A stretch of DNA of 64,000 nt from a virus (taxonomy: Duplodnaviria > Caudoviricetes), in the IMG/VR virus record IMGVR_UViG_3300033463_000004, positions 64,001-128,000 of that record; one strand, written 5' to 3'. Under the pieces are notes generated by a model, which worked only from the letters and a program-made list of their open reading frames with translations, ran no database searches and had not been told where the DNA came from. Every line of letters starts with the position of its first letter. Within the stretch, counting starts at the first letter, position 1. Shown here in pieces: positions 21,755-31,792 of this stretch. A program made the position numbers and the translations under genes.

Positions 21755-22093
21755 ATGATTAAAATTCAATATAATTATTCTGAATCATGTTATGATTATT
21801 CAAAGAATTCTGTTCGTATTTCTCCTGACGACCATAACAATTTAACCGTTGATTCATCAACGGGAATGATTACAATGAAAGCGATTCCTGAAATGACTCC
21901 AAATGAGTTGAATACTCCTGGAAATGGCATTGATGGTGAAGTAAGTGGTTCAGGTGAGGACGATAAGAAATTAAAAATCGTTCGTTTGAATAATTCTGTA
22001 ACAAGAAAACAATCTGGTGATCCTACACCCGAAAATGAAGGAATTATACTTCCCGATTTACTTGATCAATATTTTGATAGTCTGGGGGTGTAA
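21755..22093 (+). CDS. Small fibre-associated protein
   Basis: GAGGAGG RBS; operonic. Confidence 0.6.
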   Translation: MIKIQYNYSESCYDYSKNSVRISPDDHNNLTVDSSTGMITMKAIPEMTPNELNTPGNGIDGEVSGSGEDDKKLKIVRLNNSVTRKQSGDPTPENEGIILPDLLDQYFDSLGV

Positions 22094-22096
22094 TTT

Positions 22097-22792
22097 GTGG
22101 ATGTATTATTTCCAAAACCCGGAAAAGGTTTTATATTGGACGACAACAACGGTTTGACATTAAATTTCGACCCTCGTACAAATGTACAAAAACTCGAGTC
22201 TGGTATCTATATACCAAAAGACGGATATGGTCAAGGTATCGATGGTACGTTGGACAATTGGACAATCATTCCGATTCTTCCAAAAGACGATGCTGAAGGT
22301 GATACGGCAATCGAAATCAATCGCGATGTCGTTGTTTGTATTTTTTCATTATCTCGACGGAAAGTGACGAATCGTGCATCAGTGAATCAGTACACAACAT
22401 CGTCCGAAACAAAAACTGTTACGGATGTTATGGATGAATTCAATTGTGCAATGGATATGTATAAGACATCTGGTCAGAGTATTCCTGTTGGATTACCCGC
22501 CACGTCTTACATATTAACGCCTGGGGATCTATTCCAATTCCGAGAAGGTGCAAAACCATGGATCCCAGGAAAGAACGCTGATGGAATCACATGGCCATGT
22601 GCAATGGATGACATGAACCGTTATGAAGACGACATCACACAAGCATTGTTTCTTATAACGGAAGCGGAATATAATGATCTAGATATGGATCGATACTTGA
22701 CACGATTATCATTGAAATGTATATGGAAAGAAACCAATGACAATAAATTTGATTCGTATACAGTTGGTCAAACATATACAGCTTCAAAATAA
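22097..22792 (+). CDS. Fibre-associated protein
   Basis: GTG start; 'PGKGFILDDNNGLTLNFD' shaft-like N-terminus. Confidence 0.6.
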   Translation: MDVLFPKPGKGFILDDNNGLTLNFDPRTNVQKLESGIYIPKDGYGQGIDGTLDNWTIIPILPKDDAEGDTAIEINRDVVVCIFSLSRRKVTNRASVNQYTTSSETKTVTDVMDEFNCAMDMYKTSGQSIPVGLPATSYILTPGDLFQFREGAKPWIPGKNADGITWPCAMDDMNRYEDDITQALFLITEAEYNDLDMDRYLTRLSLKCIWKETNDNKFDSYTVGQTYTASK

Positions 22793-22810
22793 AATGAAAG
22801 GATTGGTATC

Positions 22811-24136
22811 ATGGAACAGAAAGAACTTCTGATGCCCGATTCTATGGGCTTTCATGATGATGCTTCACAAGGTGACAATAAACACTATTTGAAAGGTGTT
22901 ATTGAAATCTCGAAGCGTAATAAAATCACAGGTAAAGTGAAACCGGTTCATCGTGGTACAAACATTATTTCCATTTCAGGTATGCAATGGATTCTGATGA
23001 AGATGTTTGGTTTGTATCTGGATGCACCTCATGCAGTTTCTTATGAAAGACTGGATAAGGATACAAACCTCGTGATTCCTGAATTGAATCAATCTGGTAC
23101 CATGGGAATTGGTGTGAAACCGGAAAATTATTCAACAATGGATGTTCCGATTGCACGTGAACACATTGTCCAAGGTTTCATGATTGGTAATGGTGGATCT
23201 GGTGAAGATCAGATGACAACAAAGAATACAAATTATTCTTTTATCAATCTGCGTAATCCAATCCCATTCCAAGAAACACAGACTTCACTCCCGAATGAAA
23301 TTGCTGGTAAGTATCTCGGTAAGTATAATCGTACCGATGGTTCTTCATATGCGAAATCATATTTCATCAAGAAGTTTGACGAGACTCCTCATATCTATCA
23401 CTCTTGGTGGAAAGACGGTCAGAAATGGGATTATGTCGATCCCGTCACACCTGATGATTTGGGACCGGCTGCAGTAAATGCAAATCCAAAAACTGACCGT
23501 ATCGAAACATATGTTGAATGCAAACTTTCGCTGAGTGAAGATGATTGCATGGCATATTTCAATCACGATGGAAATACGCAAACACCTGCAATCAATGAAC
23601 TTGGTCTTGTTGCATTTGATACAACTGTTGATGGAGATCGTTCAATTCTCGAAGGATTATATACAACTGATATCAAAACGATTTTGGATATCATCTTTGA
23701 TAACAAACGTCGTCTTTCTGAACCGGAAGTCGTTGATTATATGCGGTCACTCGTCGATGATGTTCTGAATGTTTTCAATGAAATGGATTTTTCAAACAAA
23801 TATCACATCGAAACAGAAGTTCCGAAATTGTTTGCATTCTACGAGACATTGTTATACATTCATAACACATATATTCCAGAAGATCTGGATTTTGATTTAC
23901 TCCAAGAACAGCTGTCAAGCATTGATAATATCTACGTGCAAGCATACTATAACCAGTACGGTGATTATCAATACGAGACGGATGATTACTCCGCGTGCTT
24001 ATATGATTCCGCATTTGATTCTGCTGAAACAAATGAAGCACAGCGAATTAAGTTGATTACGTATTACACATTCAAATCAATTCCGATTGAAGAGAATTGG
24101 GAAACGTTGATCAACTATCGCATTTATGCAAATTAA
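22811..24136 (+). CDS. Baseplate/tail-fibre attachment protein
   Basis: 'KG.I.I...N.I...G', 'F.IGNGG', 'INELGL' and C-terminal 'TF..I......I.YRIY' pattern of phage fibre-anchor proteins. Confidence 0.55.
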   Translation: MEQKELLMPDSMGFHDDASQGDNKHYLKGVIEISKRNKITGKVKPVHRGTNIISISGMQWILMKMFGLYLDAPHAVSYERLDKDTNLVIPELNQSGTMGIGVKPENYSTMDVPIAREHIVQGFMIGNGGSGEDQMTTKNTNYSFINLRNPIPFQETQTSLPNEIAGKYLGKYNRTDGSSYAKSYFIKKFDETPHIYHSWWKDGQKWDYVDPVTPDDLGPAAVNANPKTDRIETYVECKLSLSEDDCMAYFNHDGNTQTPAINELGLVAFDTTVDGDRSILEGLYTTDIKTILDIIFDNKRRLSEPEVVDYMRSLVDDVLNVFNEMDFSNKYHIETEVPKLFAFYETLLYIHNTYIPEDLDFDLLQEQLSSIDNIYVQAYYNQYGDYQYETDDYSACLYDSAFDSAETNEAQRIKLITYYTFKSIPIEENWETLINYRIYAN

Positions 24137-24157
24137 TATGAAAGGATGTGTTGATAC

Positions 24158-24733
24158 ATGCCAACGATTGGTGATGAAAATATTTCCTCGTTGTTGAATG
24201 AAGCAAATGGTCGTACTCGGTCATTCGTTGCTGAATGCATCAACGCATACAAAGCAATTCGATGGAAGACGGTATCGTTCATTATCCCGACTGAACCGAT
24301 ACCGTCACATCGTCCAAGATTATCTGGATATCGAGTATATGTGCCTGGCGCTGCAAAGAACCAAGCATTCTTCAATAAACATGTATTACCAACATTGAAT
24401 GGTTTGTTTATTACAACACCATGCAAAATTAAATCTGATATTTTTGTAAAGACACCGAAATCGTTTAACATGGCTCAGAAGATTCTTGCGGAGATGAGAA
24501 TCCTTCGTCCATGGGGTAATGTGGGTGATGTAGATAACTATGAAAAGAGTATCTATGATCAAATGCAACCAAACGAAAAACGTGGACATGTTGGTATTAT
24601 GCAAAATGATAGTCTTATCATTGAAGCGCACACGAATAAATATTATTCAATTACACCCCGTACAGAGATCACAATTTCTTTTATGGGAAAGATTCCAGAT
24701 AAATTGAAGAAAGTACTTCGCATGCGGGATTAA
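24158..24733 (+). CDS. rusA: RusA-family Holliday junction resolvase
   Basis: 'P.PSHRPR' N-terminus, catalytic 'GDVDNYEKSIYD', 'NDSLI', 'K.YS..PRTEI.I'. Confidence 0.85.
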   Translation: MPTIGDENISSLLNEANGRTRSFVAECINAYKAIRWKTVSFIIPTEPIPSHRPRLSGYRVYVPGAAKNQAFFNKHVLPTLNGLFITTPCKIKSDIFVKTPKSFNMAQKILAEMRILRPWGNVGDVDNYEKSIYDQMQPNEKRGHVGIMQNDSLIIEAHTNKYYSITPRTEITISFMGKIPDKLKKVLRMRD

Positions 24734-24756
24734 TAAACTATAAGGAGTGATCTTAA

Positions 24757-26577
24757 ATGGCTAACCTGACAGAAGAAGAGAAGGCTCGTGCAAAAGAAAT
24801 CGCAACACAACAAGCAGCAGCTGATATGAAAGCAGGAAAAGATGCGTGGGCTGACTATGGTAAAGGTGTTGAAGAACTGAACAAAGCCATGAATGATTTG
24901 GGTAATGATATTACCAATCTGAAATCATCTGGTTCTGCTCTCGGTGGTAATATTGGAAAACTGATTTCCGATACAAAACTGAAAGCCAATGCGAATGCGG
25001 GTCAATATCCAACAGCATCTATTATCAAACGTGCTGCAAGAAACGTTGTTGAATTCCCTGTATTCATTTCATCATCTGTTCCGATTGAATATGCTACTGC
25101 AACGAATTCTCTTCTCGAACAAATGTATGCCTCATTCTTGCAGATGGCAATTTCCCAAAATCCTGTTATTCCGGAAGAAGCTGCAAGAAGCGGTGATATC
25201 TTCAAGGGTCTTGGATTGAAGAGTGATGTGTCAAAGTATCTTGAATATGCTGAACTTCCGGGAAATCCTGATTACATGTTCTATGCAAAAGATGCTTGCC
25301 ATAATACAATCACATCTGATGATTGCATTGTTGAATTCAGTCTTCTTTCTATTGATAATAATACATCGAGAATCATCAATGAAGCAGTTGATTATCAGCC
25401 TTTGTCAGAATTCGATCATTATTTCCAAGAAGCTGCAACTAACGAAAAGATCGAAAAACTTGAGAAACAGATTGAAGATCTTGAAGAAGAAGAGGAAGAT
25501 CTTGAAGATTCTCGTAGATTGAGTCCGAATCACCCGGAGCTTTTCCAGGATAAGGAAAAGACGCGTATCAAAGAAGTGAAAGACGAATTAAAAGATCTTC
25601 GTAAAGAACTTCGTGAAGCAAAGAAAGAAGTCAATTCTAATGCGATGGACATAATGAATCGCGTTAAAGCTGCTGACGATATTGGTATCCTCGATTCGGA
25701 AACCGGACGAGCAATGGTAGTTGGTGACGATGGTAAAATGAAACCAATCGCAGCTCATACTCGCAAGGATCGTGAAGAAGCACGAAAACAACAAGATGAA
25801 GAGAGAAAGAACAAAGCAGAAGCACGCGATGCAGAAATGCATCCATTAAACAAAGCAAAAGCAAAAGCTGAACTTGCACCAAGAGCACCACAGCTCATGG
25901 ACGAGACAAAAATCAATAAGCTCAATAGCATGAAGCCGTTGATGATGACTGTCGGTCTTCGTATTATGCAAGGAAACAACATCAGTGATGTGATCGATTA
26001 TGTCGTTGGTGTAAAGACACATTGTCGTGTAATTCCTGCAGAAGTTCTTCCGGATTTCGCAGAGTATCCTTCTAAGACGATGAACTTTGTTTCCAGAAAA
26101 GCTCGTTGGCGTGCAGGTGAATTGAAGTTTGTTGATTATCTTTTCTCAAGAAAAGAAAAGAAGCAAGCTGCATATGATTCTCGTGATCCGAAACGTAAGT
26201 GGTATCACAGACTATATACACTTGCACATTCGAAAGGCAGTTCAAAAGCTGCAAAACGAATTACCGGTTCATCTTCTGGTGAAGGTCTCATTCCAAATGT
26301 CACAGTGGTTCTTTCCAAAGCCGATGTTGATATGATTGAAGCAACAAATGGTATCGATCTCCTGAAGGGTTCTACTGCAAAGAGGATTTGCCAAGAACTC
26401 TTCCTGATTTCAATCGTTGTCATCGATACTGATTCACAATCATTGAAGATGTTCTTACCTGATACAATGAATGATTATGAAGTTCATTCTCTTGCATCGG
26501 TAAACAAACAACTTGCAACATTGGATTCTGCAAGCGACGTTTCTCGTGAAGTAACGAAACTGATGCGTGGCAGATAA
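24757..26577 (+). CDS. Putative virion (inner head) protein
   Basis: Long ORF with TAAGGAGTG RBS; internal 'YFQEA' motif before a charged coiled coil. Confidence 0.55.
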   Translation: MANLTEEEKARAKEIATQQAAADMKAGKDAWADYGKGVEELNKAMNDLGNDITNLKSSGSALGGNIGKLISDTKLKANANAGQYPTASIIKRAARNVVEFPVFISSSVPIEYATATNSLLEQMYASFLQMAISQNPVIPEEAARSGDIFKGLGLKSDVSKYLEYAELPGNPDYMFYAKDACHNTITSDDCIVEFSLLSIDNNTSRIINEAVDYQPLSEFDHYFQEAATNEKIEKLEKQIEDLEEEEEDLEDSRRLSPNHPELFQDKEKTRIKEVKDELKDLRKELREAKKEVNSNAMDIMNRVKAADDIGILDSETGRAMVVGDDGKMKPIAAHTRKDREEARKQQDEERKNKAEARDAEMHPLNKAKAKAELAPRAPQLMDETKINKLNSMKPLMMTVGLRIMQGNNISDVIDYVVGVKTHCRVIPAEVLPDFAEYPSKTMNFVSRKARWRAGELKFVDYLFSRKEKKQAAYDSRDPKRKWYHRLYTLAHSKGSSKAAKRITGSSSGEGLIPNVTVVLSKADVDMIEATNGIDLLKGSTAKRICQELFLISIVVIDTDSQSLKMFLPDTMNDYEVHSLASVNKQLATLDSASDVSREVTKLMRGR

Positions 26578-26597
26578 TTGGAAAGGAGTGATATACA

Positions 26598-27806
26598 ATG
26601 GCACTTTTTGAAAGTAAGAAAAAGGTGAATCAAAAGAAACTTGATTCTGCCATGCTTGCAATCAATTCAATGCTCAACGAGATTTATTCTAATAAATCTT
26701 CGGATGAGTATAAAATGAAAGGTGATATTACCAAGTCACCATCATATTCAAAGATTGAAGAAATGGTTGCAGATCTGAAAACATTGAAGGGATATCCTCA
26801 GAATGAAGCTGCTGATATCACAAAAATGTTTAACACACTGCATCGTCCTATCTTCAAAACCATGGTGAAAGAATACATCATGGAGCATAACGATAAGAAT
26901 ACAGTATTCACAGCAACATTCACTGTTGGTTATCGTCTGTTGGTTGGAGAACTGACCCGCATATTTGCATCAACGATTGCAACTGATAAGGGTATTGTTT
27001 ATAAACCAAACAAGGTTCAAAAGAAATCTGATGCTTCCGAGATGATCAAAATTTATAACGATCAACTTGAAGACAGACTCAACAAATACATCAAAGATGC
27101 AAAAGCATATCCACAAGAATCACCTGTCAGTGAATCAATGCTTGTCATGATGGTTGAGAAGATGTATCAGGAATCGACAGAAGATACTAATGAAGATGCA
27201 ACACCCATCAAAGAAAGCGACGATGATACAACTGCGAATGTTGATCCAGAAGATGATACTAATGGTGATGCAGAACCTGTACAAGAAGCGAGTAAGATTG
27301 CTTCAGGTTTGGCAGCACTTGCAAAAGGTAGTTCAACCGCTGCTGCCGCAATTACTGGGTTTGGTAAAGACCTTACGGTTGTCGCAATATCTGTTGGAAT
27401 CATTGCGGGTCTGTTTAAGGGTATTAACAGTATCTTCAAGGGATTTAACCCAATTGCTGACATCAATTATCTTTTCATGAATTCTTATGACAAGAAGATT
27501 GATGCACTTGGAAACGTATCCAAGATGTATGAAGAGACAAAGAAAGCTTATGAAGAATACATGAAGCTTCCTGAGACTCAACGCAACAAGAAAGTTGAAG
27601 CAAAGTATATTCAAAACATGGAAAAGTATAATATTTCCATGCAGAATCTTGCTGCACAGATTGAACATTTCAATCAGCGTGCAAAGAAAGAATCCGGTGA
27701 AGTTGTGAATGATATTGAGAATAAGCTTCCATCTGGTAATGTTAATGCATCATCAGAAGGTGGATCACAAGATTCTTCACAACAAGATGACGATTTTCAA
27801 TTCTAA
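26598..27806 (+). CDS. Putative virion protein with acidic linker and hydrophobic helix
   Basis: 'MYQES' and 'PVQEA' flank an acidic stretch, followed by an amphipathic/hydrophobic segment. Confidence 0.55.
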   Translation: MALFESKKKVNQKKLDSAMLAINSMLNEIYSNKSSDEYKMKGDITKSPSYSKIEEMVADLKTLKGYPQNEAADITKMFNTLHRPIFKTMVKEYIMEHNDKNTVFTATFTVGYRLLVGELTRIFASTIATDKGIVYKPNKVQKKSDASEMIKIYNDQLEDRLNKYIKDAKAYPQESPVSESMLVMMVEKMYQESTEDTNEDATPIKESDDDTTANVDPEDDTNGDAEPVQEASKIASGLAALAKGSSTAAAAITGFGKDLTVVAISVGIIAGLFKGINSIFKGFNPIADINYLFMNSYDKKIDALGNVSKMYEETKKAYEEYMKLPETQRNKKVEAKYIQNMEKYNISMQNLAAQIEHFNQRAKKESGEVVNDIENKLPSGNVNASSEGGSQDSSQQDDDFQF

Positions 27807-27815
27807 GAAAGAAAT

Positions 27816-27847
27816 GGAGTGGGGCATTGCCCCACTCCTTCTTTTTT
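27816..27847 (+). terminator. Intrinsic terminator
   Basis: ggagtggggc-att-gccccactcc followed by a T tract. Confidence 0.85.
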
Positions 27848-27898
27848 ATCTTTTTATTTACAGATATTTATATGGTTGATCGGAAGGGATGTGATTGT

Positions 27899-28321
27899 TT
27901 GAAACTGAAATTTATTGTAAATGACATCGCTTCATTACTTACAAATTTCTATATTTGTATAACAAACAATAAACCATCTAGTGTTAAGAAAAGATCAATC
28001 ATGGAATTGCATGTGAAACAAGCAATCTTATCAACATATGATTGTATGTATGATGATGTAGATGATGAAGTTTGGATGATTGATATATGGGATCATATGA
28101 ATTTATATACTTATGAATTAAATCATGATGTTGTGTATGATGCAAAACAGATGCGTGATGTTATGAATGATATGCAACGTCGACTGGATGAATTAATTCA
28201 TCATCCACCGGATACATTTAATTTAGATTGCGAACTCATAACAATTCGATGTGTTCCATTTGATGGATTTTCAATCACACCACGCGATATCATAACATTA
28301 CTTGATATTGATTGTATGTGA
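27899..28321 (+). CDS. Hypothetical protein
   Basis: TTG start after GAAGGGATGTGA; the upstream ORF extension overlaps the terminator. Confidence 0.55.
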   Translation: MKLKFIVNDIASLLTNFYICITNNKPSSVKKRSIMELHVKQAILSTYDCMYDDVDDEVWMIDIWDHMNLYTYELNHDVVYDAKQMRDVMNDMQRRLDELIHHPPDTFNLDCELITIRCVPFDGFSITPRDIITLLDIDCM

Positions 28322-28345
28322 TTGGCTATACTATAATAGAAAGAA

Positions 28346-28549
28346 GTGAATGTAATGAATCGAGCTATATTAATCAAAGATCAAAATGATCAACTTGTTG
28401 GTGAGTTAATGGCTGCATCAGAAACTGATATTCTGAAATATTTGGCAAAAGGTTTAAAAGTTATTGATAAACGAACAACCGAGTGTATTCAGGAAGCTGA
28501 TGTAGTTGGAACACTTGGTGTGTCTGACGGTTCCATTATTATGGAATAA
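28346..28549 (+). CDS. Small hypothetical protein
   Basis: Protein-like composition; start at 28346 or 28355. Confidence 0.6.
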   Translation: MNVMNRAILIKDQNDQLVGELMAASETDILKYLAKGLKVIDKRTTECIQEADVVGTLGVSDGSIIME

Positions 28550-28561
28550 AAAATATTTTTA

Positions 28562-28623
28562 GACACATATATCATTCAAATGTATAATCAGGTGATATTG
28601 TGCGGTATCATCAGATTGTATAT
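28562..28623 (+). promoter_or_regulatory. Putative early promoter with 5' hairpin
   Basis: GACACA-TATAT-C-ATT-CAAAT-G, then hairpin 28580-28623. Confidence 0.6.
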
Positions 28624-28658
28624 AAATCCCACCATTCTATATTAAGGAGGAAAAAGTA

Positions 28659-29069
28659 ATGGCAACAAATAAGGTCGCCAGCACCCCGGCATGGGTTGCA
28701 TATGGCAACGCTCAACTGCAGGAAGCTGCACGTGCAGACTTCAAGAAAAATGCTGCAAAGATGGGTTACCCGTCTAAGGATGAAATCGGAATCGTCGATC
28801 AGACCACTCTGGACATCTCCCAGACTCTGGCTGCGATCCCGGGTGCAGTATCTGGTTATATGCATGACGAGAAGCGTGCATTTGCACTTCCGGCACCTGA
28901 CAAGAAGACTACTCCGGCAACGATTAAGGTTGTTGCAGTGGAGCAGAAGACCAAGGAAGGTGTTTCCACTCTCGGCAAGAACAAGGGTCAGCCGTACAAG
29001 TCGGTTGTGAAAGCTCACGAGGAAGTGAAGGTTTCCAACAACCGCAAGGATTTCAAGAGCACGAAATAA
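28659..29069 (+). CDS. Basic HU/IHF(DNABII)-like DNA-binding protein, divergent
   Basis: C-terminal 'TIKVVAVEQKTKEGVSTLGKNKGQPYKSVVKAHEEVKV' resembles the DNABII beta-ribbon arm; strong codon bias; TAAGGAGG RBS. Confidence 0.5.
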   Translation: MATNKVASTPAWVAYGNAQLQEAARADFKKNAAKMGYPSKDEIGIVDQTTLDISQTLAAIPGAVSGYMHDEKRAFALPAPDKKTTPATIKVVAVEQKTKEGVSTLGKNKGQPYKSVVKAHEEVKVSNNRKDFKSTK

Positions 29070-29107
29070 GTTTGGGTTCCTTATTTCGTGGACAAAGATC
29101 TGACAAC

Positions 29108-29137
29108 ATGATATGGGGGCATTTGCCCCCATATCAT
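29108..29137 (+). terminator. GC hairpin, terminator or stabiliser
   Basis: atgatatgggggc-attt-gcccccatatcat; weak U tail. Confidence 0.65.
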
Positions 29138-29167
29138 CTATTACAAATTTTTATGGAGGAAAATAAA

Positions 29168-30019
29168 ATGTTTGAAACTCTGTATACTTTAAAATTCCAT
29201 TCCAGATGTGCATTTGATGTACATAATCTGTTTGTCGGCTTTGCTGATAGACTCGTCAAAATTATTAAGAATTCCGATAAACATCCTTACTCCGATATGG
29301 GTCTTCCGCATTTTGACATGAAAGATATCAAAACCAAAAATATCTTAAGTGATATAATTGAACCTGACAGTGATAAAGCTATCGGAGATAAATCAACAGT
29401 TTCCATTTCTTTCAGAACATCAGGTGGTACTTTTAAACGGTATTACGATTTTGAATTGAATACATATATGCCGTATGGAAAAGAACATGCTTCATTCATC
29501 GAAACCGAATTTGTCGTGAAGTCTGATACAAAGTTGAGAGAAGATGCCGCCCTTTATAAACCCGAAGTAAATTCATTCGTTGAATGGTTTGGACGTCATT
29601 TGGAAATCATGCTTTATACAACATATCGTATTCTGTCAGATTCCAGAGATAGTAAACTCACAAATTTGAGAAAGGATGTTCTTGATTTTATTGACAGAGA
29701 AATGTTCTCCGATCTTCTGAGTGATGATGAAGATTTGAGAAGTTTCTCGTTTGAAACACATAATAATGACAAAGTTCCGCTGCAACATGATGTCCGATTT
29801 GATTTCAAGGTTGGGCGTAAAATTGTATTCGCCATCGTTGTTCGTTATCTGGAAGAAGTGGACAAACTTGTGTTTGTCCGACCGAAGACTACACTGAAAG
29901 ATATCGATACAATTCCAACAAACTTGAATCCCAGACAAACATATATCATCAAAGGTTTCATGGATATTTGTCAAAAGCATGTCAATGCTGACGAGGTGTG
30001 GAATGATATTAACGTATGA
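29168..30019 (+). CDS. Hypothetical protein
   Basis: GGAGG RBS before ATG 29168. Confidence 0.7.
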   Translation: MFETLYTLKFHSRCAFDVHNLFVGFADRLVKIIKNSDKHPYSDMGLPHFDMKDIKTKNILSDIIEPDSDKAIGDKSTVSISFRTSGGTFKRYYDFELNTYMPYGKEHASFIETEFVVKSDTKLREDAALYKPEVNSFVEWFGRHLEIMLYTTYRILSDSRDSKLTNLRKDVLDFIDREMFSDLLSDDEDLRSFSFETHNNDKVPLQHDVRFDFKVGRKIVFAIVVRYLEEVDKLVFVRPKTTLKDIDTIPTNLNPRQTYIIKGFMDICQKHVNADEVWNDINV

Positions 30020-30431
30020 TGGTCAGATGTTCGCTGACATGGTTTACTACTCAATTATTCGTGATTTACTGATTAAAATGGTTCCTGAAAATACAAACAA
30101 CGATTTTGTGTTAGCATTATCGGATTTACAAGATTATGGTAATAATGAAATTAGTGCAGACTATGGTGCTGCATTTTACCAGAGACAAACTACTGATGAC
30201 AAGAATCCAAGATTGATTGTAACTGTCATGAAAGTGCCTGATAAGGTTTATATTACATTAAATGGAATTGATCCTGATGCATTGATTGAGGTTGAAGTGA
30301 ATTCCGGTAATCTCCATGTACTTGGAATCAATCTGGATAAACTGGATGATGAGAAAAAAGAATCTGCTAAATTCATATTTGATATTGTACGTGATACATT
30401 GATTTCTCTTACAAAACGAATCGTCGGATGA
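30003..30431 (+). CDS. Hypothetical protein
   Basis: GAGGTG RBS before ATG 30003; overlaps the upstream stop. Confidence 0.65.
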   Translation: MILTYDGQMFADMVYYSIIRDLLIKMVPENTNNDFVLALSDLQDYGNNEISADYGAAFYQRQTTDDKNPRLIVTVMKVPDKVYITLNGIDPDALIEVEVNSGNLHVLGINLDKLDDEKKESAKFIFDIVRDTLISLTKRIVG

Positions 30432-30464
30432 TGATATTTTTATACGTATAAAAATATATAAAGA

Positions 30465-30497
30465 ATGTGGGGGCATTCGCCCCCACATATTTTTTTT
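30465..30497 (+). terminator. Intrinsic terminator
   Basis: atgtgggggc-attc-gcccccacat followed by a T tract. Confidence 0.85.
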
Positions 30498-30549
30498 ACT
30501 TCGAATTAAAGCTTATATAAGCTTAATTTTAAAATAAGGAGTGATAAAT

Positions 30550-31506
30550 ATGTTGAAAGTTTTCAAGCCACGATTAACCCGTCCTGAAAAAGGTAATAAG
30601 TTTTATATTACAATAGATACAGGCGGTTACTCTGCAGCAATTGTTGGTAATCCCATTGATACATTATGCAATGTACTCGCAAACTGTGTTGGATATGCAT
30701 ATGGTCGTTTTAATGAAATTTCCAATAATACAAAAATGTCATATCTTGCACCAAGAAATGCAGAAGTATTTTGGGATATCGCAGGTCAACAAGGGTTTGA
30801 AAGATCGCAGACGCCAAAGATTGGTTCATGTATTGTTTGGCAAAAAGGTCCAACAAGAGACCCAAAAGGCGAAGATGGTGCTGGTCATGTTGCCATTGTT
30901 GAACAGGTGATTGACGAGAATACTGTTATCACATCTGAATCCGGTTATGGTTGTGCAACACCATTCTGGACACAAACAAGAAAACGTGGAGCTGATGGAA
31001 ACTGGGGAATGGGAACTGATTATAAATTCCTCGGTTTCATTCATCATCCTGATATTGATGCAAATACGAGAATTTATACTGGTGGAGACACTCCTGTTGA
31101 ACCGTATCTCGTTATGCTTGAAGCAGGTACACCGATTTACAATATCAACGGAACAGTTGTCGTTCAGTGTGGTACAATTACTGTTACGACAAAATATACA
31201 ATCGTTGATGAAATGATTGTTGATAAAAATCTGTATGGTAAATTGAAATCTGGTGCAGGCTGGGTTATTTTGAGGGGAATTGTTCCGAACCCGACTCCGA
31301 CTACTATGCAGCTTGGTGATTCTGGAGAGAATGTAAAACAACTTCAAAAGAAACTGGTTGAACTCGGATATATGTATAAAGATTGTGTGACAAGTACATT
31401 CGATAGATTAACATTATCCGGAGTAACCGGTTATCAGCTAGAAGCCGGACTTGCAGTTGATGGAATCTGTGGTCCAGCAACACAAAAATCATTAGGCTTA
31501 ATTTAA
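30550..31506 (+). CDS. Endolysin: CHAP + SH3-like + PG_binding_1
   Basis: 'NCVGYAYGR...NA..F...PKIGSCIVW...GHVAIVE...SES'; 'GKLKSGAGWV'; 'GDSGENVKQLQ..L..LGY...Q...GL.VDGICGPAT'. Confidence 0.9.
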   Translation: MLKVFKPRLTRPEKGNKFYITIDTGGYSAAIVGNPIDTLCNVLANCVGYAYGRFNEISNNTKMSYLAPRNAEVFWDIAGQQGFERSQTPKIGSCIVWQKGPTRDPKGEDGAGHVAIVEQVIDENTVITSESGYGCATPFWTQTRKRGADGNWGMGTDYKFLGFIHHPDIDANTRIYTGGDTPVEPYLVMLEAGTPIYNINGTVVVQCGTITVTTKYTIVDEMIVDKNLYGKLKSGAGWVILRGIVPNPTPTTMQLGDSGENVKQLQKKLVELGYMYKDCVTSTFDRLTLSGVTGYQLEAGLAVDGICGPATQKSLGLI

Positions 31507-31514
31507 AATAAATA

Positions 31515-31550
31515 AAATATAAATGGGGGCTTTCGCCCCCATTTATATTT
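31515..31550. terminator. Terminator hairpin, copy 1 of a 36-bp direct repeat
   Basis: aaatataaatgggggc-tttc-gcccccatttatattt. Confidence 0.85.
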
Positions 31551-31563
31551 GTTTTCTGTCATC

Positions 31564-31610
31564 CATATGTATATAATTCATTTGAACAGGAACGGAGATA
31601 CTGTTCAAAT
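31564..31610 (+). promoter_or_regulatory. Putative early promoter with 5' hairpin
   Basis: CATATG-TATAT-A-ATT-CATTT-G; atttgaacag/ctgttcaaat stem. Confidence 0.6.
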
Positions 31611-31630
31611 ATACACTTGGAGGTGATAAT

Positions 31631-31774
31631 ATGGATGACATGCAGAGTCGCATAGCGACACGTTTGGATTTTGTTGAATCCAAACAGACAGAAACGTCTT
31701 CGGAATTTGTATGTAACGATCGGAACGTCGTGAGACAAATTTTCAAGACCATCAAACGTCTCTATCATATTTGA
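31631..31774 (+). CDS. 47-aa small protein, not in the ORF track
   Basis: GGAGGTG RBS; MDDMQSRIATRLDFVESKQTETSSEFVCNDRNVVRQIFKTIKRLYHI; triple stop TGA-TAG-TAA. Confidence 0.7.
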   Translation: MDDMQSRIATRLDFVESKQTETSSEFVCNDRNVVRQIFKTIKRLYHI

Positions 31775-31792
31775 TAGTAATTGACGAAATAG

